Of a stretch of DNA of 64,000 bases, positions 1-9,077 are shown one piece after another; positions within the stretch are counted from its first letter, which is position 1; each line of letters opens with the position of its first letter. Where the stretch lies: positions 64,001 through 128,000 of the forward strand of contig CAVXDX010000008.1 of assembly GCA_963760615.1 (NCBI GenBank), read 5' to 3'. The notes beneath the pieces were generated by a model that was not told the origin of the DNA, did no database searches, and saw only the letters and a program-made list of their open reading frames with translations. Source of the DNA: an uncultured Candidatus Micrarchaeota archaeon. GTDB taxonomy: Archaea; Micrarchaeota; Micrarchaeia; Burarchaeales; Fermentimicrarchaeaceae. A program made the translations under genes and the position numbers.

Positions 1-1530
1 TACGCTGAAAAACGGCGGGAGATACGCTTCTGCATGGGTGCTTTTTGTTTCGAAATCGGTGAAGAAATCTGCCTTGACTAAGTTGGCGTCGGTACGATTG
101 AAAGAAGCGACCGCGATTCCATGAAGGTCTGTCTCCATGGTTCTGCTTTCGTTGCCATATGTAAATTGGATTTTCTTTCCAGCCAGAGCCGAGCCAGAAA
201 TTTTATCATAGAAAACGGCTTTTATCGTGAAGCTTGTTTGTGAATAGTTTTCTATTGTCAGGTTGATTGTTGGCTTTTGATTGGGGTTTTTGCATAAATT
301 CGAGTACCTCTTGGTTTCAAAGTGGGAATATATCTCAAGGGTGCAGCTAGTTGAATTGGTAGGGGCGGTAAAGTGGATTTTGTTGTACTTGAATTGAATG
401 GGGAGTATACTAACGTTTATTCCAAGGATATCATGGAGAATGTAGTAAAGCACGGGTTCGGAGCGTTTTAGGTAGTCTTCGAAATCTTGCCCACTCAGCA
501 AGCCATTCTGGTTTTCGAGGATCCCAATGTTTCGAGTGTAAAACTTGTACGGTTTTACTGACGTTTCAACTGCAAGCGAGTTGTAAGGCGCATTCTCTAC
601 CTTGAATTGGTACTGTCGGCTTTGCAGTTTTAGTTCGGAGTTGCCGATTACGAAGCGTATGTTGTTGTAATCCTCGTTCGAAGCTACGAAGAGCCAGCCG
701 ACAACGTAATCGCTCGTGTTCTCGTCTATCATCCCGTTTGGAAAGTCGATAAAGCCGTATTGGTAGGTTTGTTTTGCGTCCTGTATTTCCAGAGTTGATT
801 GTTTATCGTCCGTTTTGTAGTAATCGCAACTGTACCAACAGCCAAACTCGTCGCAATGTTCTATCAGCTGATAGTGATGGATCAGGTACTGAGAGTTTAC
901 TCTAAGCTTTGCGGTGAATAATTGGGAGGAATTGTAGCCCCCCGATGCTGAGAAGTTGCTTTTCTTAGAATTGCTGAGTAGCTGGCCATTGAGATAGTTT
1001 CCCATTGAGTAATCGTAGCCGCACACCTCATAAACCGTATTGCAGTCTCCGGGAAACATTTCCTTTGGCACTACAAAAGAAAACCCGAATTGAGTGTAGA
1101 CTTCTCCTTGGTCATCAATCCACAGTTGACCGGAAGAATTGTCTAGTACGCTTGGATTAATTGAGATGAGTTTTACCCAAGCGTCGCGGATTGATTCGGT
1201 GCCATGAACGCTAGTATTATCGGGCCGGTATTTTGTAAACGCTATTTTGTCATTCCAGTTGTTGGCCGTATCGTATTCTGGGAAGCCGTTGTTTATGATC
1301 ATGGCGTCGCTTATGAGCTGCTTTTTTTCGCTTTCGCTTAGACCTGAAACATTGCAGACGCTTCGGTCGGTCAGGTTAAGCGAACTGCATTGTTGCAGGA
1401 AAGTGTCGGGCGGTCTTTGCGGCGGCTTATAATTGTAATCCCAAGTAAAATCGTGATATGGATAGCTAGAGCAACTTATTGCAGCTGCGGGTAGAGTTAG
1501 CAGCAAGAGTGCGAGTAGTGGTTTAAACAC
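1..1530 (-). CDS. Secreted/surface glycoprotein, partial (>=510 aa, runs off window)
   Basis: Not in ORF track. Translated by hand from GTG at 1530: MFKPLLALLLLTLPAAAISCSSYPYHDF..., open to base 1; signal peptide, many N-x-S/T sequons; start overlaps stop of upstream pilin-like gene. Confidence 0.8.
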   Translation of the reverse strand, partial: MFKPLLALLLLTLPAAAISCSSYPYHDFTWDYNYKPPQRPPDTFLQQCSSLNLTDRSVCNVSGLSESEKKQLISDAMIINNGFPEYDTANNWNDKIAFTKYRPDNTSVHGTESIRDAWVKLISINPSVLDNSSGQLWIDDQGEVYTQFGFSFVVPKEMFPGDCNTVYEVCGYDYSMGNYLNGQLLSNSKKSNFSASGGYNSSQLFTAKLRVNSQYLIHHYQLIEHCDEFGCWYSCDYYKTDDKQSTLEIQDAKQTYQYGFIDFPNGMIDENTSDYVVGWLFVASNEDYNNIRFVIGNSELKLQSRQYQFKVENAPYNSLAVETSVKPYKFYTRNIGILENQNGLLSGQDFEDYLKRSEPVLYYILHDILGINVSILPIQFKYNKIHFTAPTNSTSCTLEIYSHFETKRYSNLCKNPNQKPTINLTIENYSQTSFTIKAVFYDKISGSALAGKKIQFTYGNESRTMETDLHGIAVASFNRTDANLVKADFFTDFETKSTHAEAYLPPFFSV

Positions 1531-1759
1531 AGTAGCTCCCTCCGCTTAGTGCTTGAGCGATTATTGGCGCGAGAAATAGCAGCGATAGGCCAATGAACAC
1601 GCCAAAGAGTATCTCTTTCCATTCGTTGCGCGTGTTTGGATTTTGAGAGGTCATTAGCACGAAGCCGCCGTAGGAAATTATTAGGACTGAAGAAACTACT
1701 GCAAGGCTCTTGAGGAATACGGCGATTTGCGATAGGTCGAGCAACTTCACCACCCGCAA
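1523..1759 (-). CDS. VirB2/TrbC-like pilin (two hydrophobic helices)
   Basis: GFVLMTSQNPNTRNEWKEILFGVFIGLSLLFLAP pattern; paralog of 1747..2055; exact start uncertain. Confidence 0.6.
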   Translation of the reverse strand: MRVVKLLDLSQIAVFLKSLAVVSSVLIISYGGFVLMTSQNPNTRNEWKEILFGVFIGLSLLFLAPIIAQALSGGSYCV

Positions 1760-2055
1760 ATGTCGCCCGCGCCAACCAGGTTTTTCACAACAAGCGGAGC
1801 TATCCAGATTATTATCAAGCCCAGGATCACCCCGGTTAACAGCATCTTGCTCTGGTTTCTCTCGTTGATTTCATTACTGCTGGTCAGAATGAAGCCAGCG
1901 TAAGCCGCTATCAATACGCCCGCTACTGTTCCAAAGACCCTTATCATTCCATAAAGCCGGCATACGGGCTGATCCGTAGGAATGCTCAGGTCGGCCGCCG
2001 CAACGCCGACTAGGCTCAGCAAAGCCAAGCTCGCTAAAATCAACTGTTTTCTCAT
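1747..2055 (-). CDS. VirB2/TrbC-like pilin with signal peptide
   Basis: Signal peptide, then two TM helices joined by GFILTSSNEINERNQSKMLLTGVILGLIIIWIAP. Confidence 0.65.
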   Translation of the reverse strand: MRKQLILASLALLSLVGVAAADLSIPTDQPVCRLYGMIRVFGTVAGVLIAAYAGFILTSSNEINERNQSKMLLTGVILGLIIIWIAPLVVKNLVGAGDICGW

Positions 2056-2056
2056 G

Positions 2057-2890
2057 TTATCTACCTCCTTGAAAGACTATTTTCAATTCGTGTGGGGCAA
2101 TGTTGGACTTCCTCTTGATGAGCGGCAGGTAGTCGGGGTTGAGCTCGTAGCCTATGGACCTCCGGTTCAAGCTCGCCGCTACCTTTGTCGTTGTGCCGCT
2201 TCCCAGGAAGGGATCCAACACCGTTTCCCCCTCGAACGAATACAAGCGAATCAACGCCTCCGGCAATTCTTCGGGAAACATGGCCGGATGCGATGCGTCC
2301 GAGTACTGATTCTTGGTTTCCGGGCACATTTCCCAAATGTCGCTGTTCCAGCGGTTTTTCGCCAGTTCGATGTCCACAGCGGAACGGAGTTTTTCCTCAA
2401 ATCCTACTTTCTTGTAGTCGAACTTTCCCTTGCGAAAGACGAGTATGTGTTCGAAAATGTTGTTCGGAAAATAGTACATCGGGTAAGGCCGTTGCAGGAA
2501 CAGGCCGAATCGCTTGGCCGCCCCGCTGGAGCCCTTGGCTCCCACGCCGGACGGTTTCCTCCAGATGATGTCTTCGCGGTATTGGAAGCCGGATCTCTTG
2601 AGCATTAGCACGTAGTGCGCTGGAATGGGGTACTTCTCCTCGCCGCTGATTATGTCGCAGATGTTGACGCAACAATAGCGGCCTTTCTCCAAAACGCGGT
2701 AGCACTCGTCGAAAACCAACTGCATTTCCTGTAAGTATTCGTGAAAGTCGTTTATCGAGCCGATATTGTTCTGGCCATAGTCCTTGACGTTGAAGTACGG
2801 CGGACTTGTCACGACCAGTTGAACGGACTCATCGGCAACTTCCGCCATTTTTCGAGAATCGCCGATTACAACCAGCTGTTTGGTTTCCAT
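2057..2890 (-). CDS. Site-specific DNA methyltransferase (N4-C/N6-A, beta class)
   Basis: TSPPY catalytic motif N-terminal; HPAMFP; VLDPFLGSGTT SAM motif C-terminal. Confidence 0.92.
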   Translation of the reverse strand: METKQLVVIGDSRKMAEVADESVQLVVTSPPYFNVKDYGQNNIGSINDFHEYLQEMQLVFDECYRVLEKGRYCCVNICDIISGEEKYPIPAHYVLMLKRSGFQYREDIIWRKPSGVGAKGSSGAAKRFGLFLQRPYPMYYFPNNIFEHILVFRKGKFDYKKVGFEEKLRSAVDIELAKNRWNSDIWEMCPETKNQYSDASHPAMFPEELPEALIRLYSFEGETVLDPFLGSGTTTKVAASLNRRSIGYELNPDYLPLIKRKSNIAPHELKIVFQGGR

Positions 2891-2998
2891 GCAAAGCTTT
2901 GTAGCTTGGGGGTCTCATTTCCTTTCATGGAGAATTCGGCATTTTCATGCACAATTCCGGCGTTCGGCAAGCTGAAAAGTAGGTAAAAACGAGTCCGC

Positions 2999-3196
2999 TT
3001 AGCGCCTAGGCTTGAACAAGACAACCTTTCCCTTCAAGGGAATAGTGTCCAGAAACAGCGTAATCGATTGCGTCTTTGGGTTGTAGAAAGCGGTTCCGAC
3101 TTCCCGCCAGCGATTGTTTCCTGTAGGCATTTTGGCTATGAAGTCCGGTCCTTTCCGTCTTCCTTCTATTAGCAGCAGGTTAGAGTATTGCGTCAT
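2999..3196 (-). CDS. Small hypothetical protein
   Basis: 65-aa ORF coupled to 3193..3393 (ATGA overlap). Confidence 0.6.
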   Translation of the reverse strand: MTQYSNLLLIEGRRKGPDFIAKMPTGNNRWREVGTAFYNPKTQSITLFLDTIPLKGKVVLFKPRR

Positions 3197-3393
3197 TTTT
3201 CCCGCCTCACGAGTACGCGCAGGCCGACTTGTTCCTTGCGTATTTTCTTCCAGTCTTGAATCGTGATGATCAAGTCTAGGTATTTCTTTATTGTGCGGTG
3301 GTCCAACCCGGTCTTGCAGGTCAGCTGGTGCACGCTAACGCTTTCCTCTGGAATCAATTCCAACAGTTTGAGCATGAGATCGTTAGCAACCAT
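3193..3393 (-). CDS. Small winged-helix/HTH DNA-binding protein
   Basis: SVHQLTCKTGLDHRTIKKYL helix-turn-helix-like segment. Confidence 0.6.
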   Translation of the reverse strand: MVANDLMLKLLELIPEESVSVHQLTCKTGLDHRTIKKYLDLIITIQDWKKIRKEQVGLRVLVRREK

Positions 3394-3458
3394 GCGAACA
3401 CCGCACTGGCTATAATCTTACCCGAACTAGAATATGGGCTTAGCCGCAGACTGCCAAC

Positions 3459-3559
3459 TTCCTAGGAAATTTTTCTCGACTGAATTGTTTCCTAGGAATT
3501 TCTTAGGAAAAAACGTGGAAGGAAAGCCCAGAAGGAACTTTCTCGGTTGTCCTTGGGAA
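3459..3559. repeat. Cluster of TTCCTAGGAA-type palindromes (candidate operators)
   Basis: TTCCTAGGAA at 3459 and 3489, TTCTTAGGAA at 3500, TCCTTGGGAA at 3550, between divergent genes. Confidence 0.6.
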
Positions 3560-3605
3560 GCAAGGTTAATATATTTCACAATACTAACTACTCCTTAGTG
3601 CGGTT

Positions 3606-3986
3606 ATGGAAAAGAAAACTTCTGAAAAAGAACAAACGAACTCTGGTGCACCCATTGTTATTCTCTTATTGTTATTGGTTTTTCTTTTACAATTTACCGG
3701 AGTAGTCAGGGAGGAAGCAGTAGCCTTCTTATTAGTAATTAGTATCTTTGTATTATGGAAAACCATTCATGAAAGAAGGCTAGCTGGTCTGCTAAAATAT
3801 TTAATCGTAGCTGCGTATTGCTTTTATTATGAGTTTTTAACGCTTTCACTATCAAGAGAAACATTTGATATCGAGAAAGTAATATACATAGGTCTTGGTA
3901 TTTTTGTCTTCTGGTACTTTTTATATCACCTTGCAGACATGGTGCAATTCTTTTCCAGTAAGAAAAATAAATCAAAGCAAGTTTAA
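3606..3986 (+). CDS. Hypothetical membrane protein (about 4 TM)
   Basis: Hydrophobic ORF preceded by AAGGTTAATATA promoter-like motif. Confidence 0.7.
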   Translation: MEKKTSEKEQTNSGAPIVILLLLLVFLLQFTGVVREEAVAFLLVISIFVLWKTIHERRLAGLLKYLIVAAYCFYYEFLTLSLSRETFDIEKVIYIGLGIFVFWYFLYHLADMVQFFSSKKNKSKQV

Positions 3987-5186
3987 TCTATCCCTAAAGA
4001 TAAATCCATAGATTCCCGTAAATAGCAAAAAAATCCCAAACCAAGCGATAAAGATTATGAAATAGCTAACAATTAAACTGTTGAACTCGGGTTTTGCATA
4101 TGAGTCTACACTTGGGCTAAAAGTGACACCCGGCCATGACCTAACGAAATGTGTTTCATTGATGGGTATATACTCTGGCTCTGTTTTCAAAATTTCATCC
4201 AAATGTATATTGGATTCGAATATCCATTGGTAAATAAAATCTTTATCAAATTTATAAGGAGTACATCTTGTCTTTCCATAAGGGATCAAAAATTCCGTCT
4301 GATTGTTGTTAAAGTTTATAGTAACATTCACCTCTTTATCAATAAATCCACTTTTATAAACCATTTTTGTATCATTATCCACAAAACATATGTCGTACCA
4401 TCTTAAACTAAAAGGTATCTGCAAAGCATCTTTTAACAAGTTTCTAAAAGTTGGTTCTGAAAATGACTGGTCTGATACTCGTACTTTTACGACAATTGTT
4501 CCATTATTAAGTGTTTGTTCTTCTCGGGATAACTCAAGTCTTTCAGAAGGCGGGAATAAGTAAAATGAAAACAAAAATGGTGGTATAAATAAAATAAATA
4601 AACATATTAAAATCCAGGGTATGCCCTTCACCTTATTTTTTTTATTTTTGTTCGTAGAAATCCTCTCATTTGAAACTTTCTGAGGGGGCATCTTAGCCGC
4701 AACCTTCTTATTTTTCTCTCCTTTCATCATCATTTCAATTTCATCTCTGATTATGGTGAACTTATCTATAAAATGTTTTTTAGCATCTTCAAATTGCAAC
4801 GTGTATGATACGTCAAGAAGAAATAACATTGCATTCATAAGTACTCCAACTGTAAAAAAATATGCTAGATATACAATGTTCCCAGTCTCTTCATGCTTTA
4901 TAAGCAATTGGACCATGACTACCAAGAGACCCACTAAAATACCAACCGCAAGTCCACTGGTAGTTGCATTAAAGTAAGACACACGGTTTTCAAAATCCAT
5001 CTTTGGAATCGTTAATTCAAGTTCGAGTAGTTTTAACTTATCTGCTTTGCTCAAATCTTCATCAGAGGTGATGGAACCCAGCCGCTCTGAAACATTATAT
5101 TCCAGTTGGTGAATCCCAAAAAGTACTTTTTTCATGTATTCTAAGAATCTTATACATCGTCTGAATAGCCCTTCCAGGAACTTCAT
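3972..5186 (-). CDS. Hypothetical membrane protein
   Basis: 404-aa ORF with about 4 TM segments, AT-rich. Confidence 0.75.
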   Translation of the reverse strand: MKFLEGLFRRCIRFLEYMKKVLFGIHQLEYNVSERLGSITSDEDLSKADKLKLLELELTIPKMDFENRVSYFNATTSGLAVGILVGLLVVMVQLLIKHEETGNIVYLAYFFTVGVLMNAMLFLLDVSYTLQFEDAKKHFIDKFTIIRDEIEMMMKGEKNKKVAAKMPPQKVSNERISTNKNKKNKVKGIPWILICLFILFIPPFLFSFYLFPPSERLELSREEQTLNNGTIVVKVRVSDQSFSEPTFRNLLKDALQIPFSLRWYDICFVDNDTKMVYKSGFIDKEVNVTINFNNNQTEFLIPYGKTRCTPYKFDKDFIYQWIFESNIHLDEILKTEPEYIPINETHFVRSWPGVTFSPSVDSYAKPEFNSLIVSYFIIFIAWFGIFLLFTGIYGFIFRDRLNLL

Positions 5187-5242
5187 AGAGTAAGTATTAT
5201 GTATTCAAATTTTTAATCTCTCCCCTTCTCCGTAGCTTGCTC

Positions 5243-5267
5243 CTCAAGCCAAAGCAATCTTAATATA
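5243..5267 (+). promoter_or_regulatory. 25-bp promoter-proximal element identical to reverse complement of 44066..44090
   Basis: CTCAAGCCAAAGCAATCTTAATATA, ending in a TATA-like box. Confidence 0.7.
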
Positions 5268-5299
5268 TCTTTAAAGACTAACTATTGCTGAGGTTAGCA

Positions 5300-6871
5300 A
5301 TGCGCAAGAAACATAATGCAAGAAGGACTGAATGCGCCTACTATGACTGCCATGAGACTAGGGGTCTTCGCAAGTGCTGGTACTGTAGGAAGTATTACTG
5401 TCAAAAACATATCCAGGCGAAACCAACAAGTGCCCCTCCATGGATAGACAAGCAACCGCTTTGGAGAATCAAGGATGCGCACCCCTGTCCTGAATTCATT
5501 CCCAGACCTCCCGAGCCAATAGTTATTCCTCCCATGAAACCTCGTCAATACCCATCTAGACCACCCGAAAGACCAGTACTTTACCCAGGACGCTCCACAT
5601 TTTCACGACAATCTAGAGAATGGTCGCCATCATATTCGCCACCAAAAGAGCAGAGTTGGATCAGCAGACATGTGAGATTCATTCTACTCTTAATCGTAAT
5701 CGGACTGCTTTACTATATCTACCAGAATCAGGGTTATTTGCAAAGCGGAAATAACGCATTGCAGAATATCGTTAACAACACTAAACTACCAACCTCTTAC
5801 GCATCAAACAACAGCACTGAAACGCCCCCAAAAAACGAATCGTTAAACCTAAGTGCATTAGGTACCGATGTTTTTAGCAACATAAACGATGAGAGATTGA
5901 AACAGAGTGCAGGACAGCTCACATGGAACGATACGATTGCGGCAGTTGCTATGATATACAGTAATAATACGCTACTTTATGGCGGAACAACATACATTAA
6001 TGATACCCTTGATTACTCCATAGAAGATGTGGTCACATACACTCTTTACATCTATGGGAGCTGCTCCTTCAACTCCACGGGTTCGCTGCAGTACTGCACT
6101 CTTCTTAAGCAAAATGACACTTTATCCCAGATTGATAAGGAATGGTTCAATAAAACAAGCACTCAACAGGTTTTGACATTCCAGAATTTTACTGATGCCG
6201 GAGTCGGAGTTGTTGTCAATGGGAGTTATGCTTACATTACTGTAATTCTAACAGATTACCAATCTTGGCTCAAAGAGGAACAGGGAAGAAAAGCAGAGAT
6301 AGCTGAACAAGAAAGATTAAGTGAAATTGCCAACCTTACGCACCAAAAAATAAATTACGAGCGTACTTCCAGAGGATTAAATGCACTCAATTGGAGCGAA
6401 ACACTTGCAGGAATTGCAATAATGCATGACCAAGACATGATTAACTATAACTTCTTTGAGCATGAGGGACCGAATAATGAATCGTTTGAAGCGAGGTTTG
6501 AGAGGGTAGGGTTTTATTCCGGAATAGGTGAGAATATCTTTGAGGTGGGTCCTTACTATGGCGAAGATGATCGACTCGCAGAAAAAGCAGTTGATGGGTG
6601 GATGAACAGTCCGGGACATAGGGCTAATATACTAAAAGCAGACTATACCTATGAAGGTATAGGTGTTGTAGAAAGCAATAATGACTATTACTTCACTGAA
6701 GATTTCAGTACATCTTCTCCCTGTGGATTCCTCAATGAACGTTGCTGCCAATACGGGGACTATGCATACGGCTGGGCTCCGGGATCTTACAATTGGTGCC
6801 AGTCCCCATACCAGTGCAAGTTCGGTAGTTACTGCGCAATTAATCAAGTAAGCAATAATAGCTCAACATAA
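5300..6871 (+). CDS. CAP/SCP-domain membrane protein with N-terminal AN1-like zinc finger
   Basis: C-x4-C...CxxC...CxxH...HxC N-terminus; Pro-rich linker; one TM; CAP motifs HDQDM...FFEH, GENI, WMNSPGHRANIL; a degenerate CAP-like repeat upstream; ATG at 5300 preferred. Confidence 0.8.
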   Translation: MRKKHNARRTECAYYDCHETRGLRKCWYCRKYYCQKHIQAKPTSAPPWIDKQPLWRIKDAHPCPEFIPRPPEPIVIPPMKPRQYPSRPPERPVLYPGRSTFSRQSREWSPSYSPPKEQSWISRHVRFILLLIVIGLLYYIYQNQGYLQSGNNALQNIVNNTKLPTSYASNNSTETPPKNESLNLSALGTDVFSNINDERLKQSAGQLTWNDTIAAVAMIYSNNTLLYGGTTYINDTLDYSIEDVVTYTLYIYGSCSFNSTGSLQYCTLLKQNDTLSQIDKEWFNKTSTQQVLTFQNFTDAGVGVVVNGSYAYITVILTDYQSWLKEEQGRKAEIAEQERLSEIANLTHQKINYERTSRGLNALNWSETLAGIAIMHDQDMINYNFFEHEGPNNESFEARFERVGFYSGIGENIFEVGPYYGEDDRLAEKAVDGWMNSPGHRANILKADYTYEGIGVVESNNDYYFTEDFSTSSPCGFLNERCCQYGDYAYGWAPGSYNWCQSPYQCKFGSYCAINQVSNNSST

Positions 6872-6937
6872 TGTAATAGTATCGGTAGCAGGAAAAGAAA
6901 AAGAAGCCAAAGCAAGGTTAATATACATTAATAATAT

Positions 6938-7546
6938 ATGAAAAGTGTGGAAGTGAGTTATTTGGTTGATATCAGCAAAATTCTAATGAATAAATATCTG
7001 ATTATTAGTGTCATTGGTCCTCATGCTGGCGAAGAAATAAACCAAATATTTAATAGAAAAAAGAAAGAGATAGCCGATTCGGGGAAATCGTTTTGGCTAA
7101 TTAGATCCCATAAAGCTACATCTGATAAGATTCAAAAAATTTGTAAAGAAGGAGGGATATACTGCATCTTTATTGAACCCTCTCGAAAAAGTGGATCTCA
7201 AGATACGAAAAATGCATCGGAGGCAAATCAGTATTCTGAGGATAAGATAAAGTGGTCGGGTATACGAGATAAGATTAAAGTAACTGGAAAAATTGATACT
7301 AATGCCACAGCGCTTGTTTTTAGTAGTTTAGAGCGGAGTGATGGTTCAATAAATTTATGGGATTACTCGGATTTTAACAAGCTTGGTGAACCTATTAAGA
7401 TTATGCAAGGTGCATCGACGCTTTGCTGCGTTAAACAACCTTGTTCAAAAGAGCATGAGATCAAGCGGATGAAATCAAAGAATAGGAAGATAGCTGGTTT
7501 TGGCAGGTTGATTGAACCTTTCGGAGTTTGGTTGAGGAAAATCTGA
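6938..7546 (+). CDS. Hypothetical protein
   Basis: 202-aa ORF (alternative ATG at 6986) with upstream TATA-like motif. Confidence 0.75.
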   Translation: MKSVEVSYLVDISKILMNKYLIISVIGPHAGEEINQIFNRKKKEIADSGKSFWLIRSHKATSDKIQKICKEGGIYCIFIEPSRKSGSQDTKNASEANQYSEDKIKWSGIRDKIKVTGKIDTNATALVFSSLERSDGSINLWDYSDFNKLGEPIKIMQGASTLCCVKQPCSKEHEIKRMKSKNRKIAGFGRLIEPFGVWLRKI

Positions 7547-7602
7547 ATTGGAAACAGAATCGGTGTCTTGGGGGTTTAAATAACATATAACATAAATTTA
7601 TT

Positions 7603-8292
7603 ATGGCAATTTCCGATGTGGTAATTAGTTCAATAGCTACGGGAATTGTAGGATTCAGCTTAGGTATAGTTCTACATGAGAATTTAAAGAATTGGTTCTA
7701 TTATAAATTTGTAAGGTCACCTCTAGAAATCTCATCCAATCATTTCGATACTTCCGGTCGTATAGGTGGTATGTGGACTTGGAATACCGCATTTATGGAT
7801 ACATTAACTATAACCAATGTATCAGATACGCCTATAAGGGTCAGAAGAATTGGAATAGATAAAAAAATTCTAAAAAATACTGGTTCAAGAGTTGTGCTTG
7901 CCAGTTTTTTGTTCAGGGATTATAACAAATTGATAAAATCAATGGGACTAAATACGACCGGCCTAAAGGAATGGATGAAAGAGACTAGTGTCCAAGATGA
8001 GCTTGTTAATCCTTATACAGCAAAGTTAGGTGAAATTAGTACGTATAAACAATTTGGGCCACATATCGCAGGAGCTGATACGGGATCAATAACAATAAAT
8101 CCGAATGAGCAAGCTAACTTGTATCTCGGTGTTTTATGTCTTACGGATTTGGACAAGTTTATAATTCCTGTGGATGTAACTGTTTATCCCGTATCTGATT
8201 ATAAAAATCCGAAAATTCCGTATAAGATTACTTTTTATAAAGGAATGACTTTTGAACCACGAAATGGACATTTGTACTTAATATCAGATTGA
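7603..8292 (+). CDS. Hypothetical protein with N-terminal TM anchor
   Basis: 229-aa ORF, hydrophobic residues about 5-25. Confidence 0.7.
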   Translation: MAISDVVISSIATGIVGFSLGIVLHENLKNWFYYKFVRSPLEISSNHFDTSGRIGGMWTWNTAFMDTLTITNVSDTPIRVRRIGIDKKILKNTGSRVVLASFLFRDYNKLIKSMGLNTTGLKEWMKETSVQDELVNPYTAKLGEISTYKQFGPHIAGADTGSITINPNEQANLYLGVLCLTDLDKFIIPVDVTVYPVSDYKNPKIPYKITFYKGMTFEPRNGHLYLISD

Positions 8293-8345
8293 TGTAGTGA
8301 AGACAGATAATTCCACCACCCAACCTACCATTAGATTTTACATCA

Positions 8346-8903
8346 CTAAACATAATTCAGCAATGCAATCCTTATCGGTAATGGTGGATGACTTATACCA
8401 TGTCGTGAACTTTCGTAACCTAATGCCGTATAATGCTTTTGAAGAGCAGTGAAAAAGACTGTTTTGTTGGAGTTTTTGACAGCATAGAGGTCACAACGTA
8501 ATTCTAAAAGCCACCTACAGATTATGTAAACTAGAAAGAACACTATAGCAGAAAAGAAGAATTCAGATAATGAATTGATTCTTAGAGCAAGTAGAATTGT
8601 GGGTAATAAAGGATATAAGTATCGCGTGCTAAAGAGGATATGCCCTTTTTCATGCAGCAAAACGGATTTTAATTCCTCCTTACTGAATAGTTGACTACTA
8701 TCTTCAGTTAAAACTATGTTCCTCCATCTTGTTTCTACTAGGTATTTTCTTGGTGATTTTATTATTAAGTACTCTATCTCATTCTTTGAATCAATTATTA
8801 CCTTTTCTTTCCGGATCACATCCTCCTTTGAAAAACCTTTGAATTTCAGGTCTATAAATTTTTTTAGTTTTTCTATGAGAGTATTGTCTTTCAACATAAG
8901 CAA
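8346..8903 (-). CDS. M48-family (HtpX-like) zinc metalloprotease domain protein
   Basis: LLHEKGH (HExxH), TM segment, ELRCDLYAV, SHPPLPIRI. Confidence 0.75.
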   Translation of the reverse strand: MLMLKDNTLIEKLKKFIDLKFKGFSKEDVIRKEKVIIDSKNEIEYLIIKSPRKYLVETRWRNIVLTEDSSQLFSKEELKSVLLHEKGHILFSTRYLYPLLPTILLALRINSLSEFFFSAIVFFLVYIICRWLLELRCDLYAVKNSNKTVFFTALQKHYTALGYESSRHGISHPPLPIRIALLNYV

Positions 8904-8958
8904 CCTAACCTACCTAACGTATATTAACCTTAAACTAATTAATTATTCGGTGGTTTTC

Positions 8959-9024
8959 ATGGCCGTGTTGCCGCTTGCAAGGGTTGAGAAGCTCATAAGG
9001 AAGGCGGGGGGTCGTGGACACTAA
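8959..9024 (+). pseudogene. 5' fragment of an archaeal histone (HMf-type) gene
   Basis: MAVLPLARVEKLIRKAG matches the HMf-family N-terminus (MAELPIAPVDRLIRKAG type), then diverges and stops after GRGH; no histone continuation in other frames. Confidence 0.75.
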
Positions 9025-9077
9025 GATGCCGAATTCTGCACGAACCAATAAGATAACCGCTAGCTCCAGAGTCTAGC

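Noticed and set aside
1523-2055. Spindle-shaped virus capsid proteins
   Set aside because: The loop pattern between the helices (S...R...K...G..IGL...AP) fits TrbC/VirB2-type pilins better; no viral hallmark genes in the window.
8993-9015. Possible attL duplicate of the tRNA-Leu 3' end
   Set aside because: Only a weak GC(A/G)GGGGGT resemblance; too short to call an att site. No convincing copy in 1..10400.
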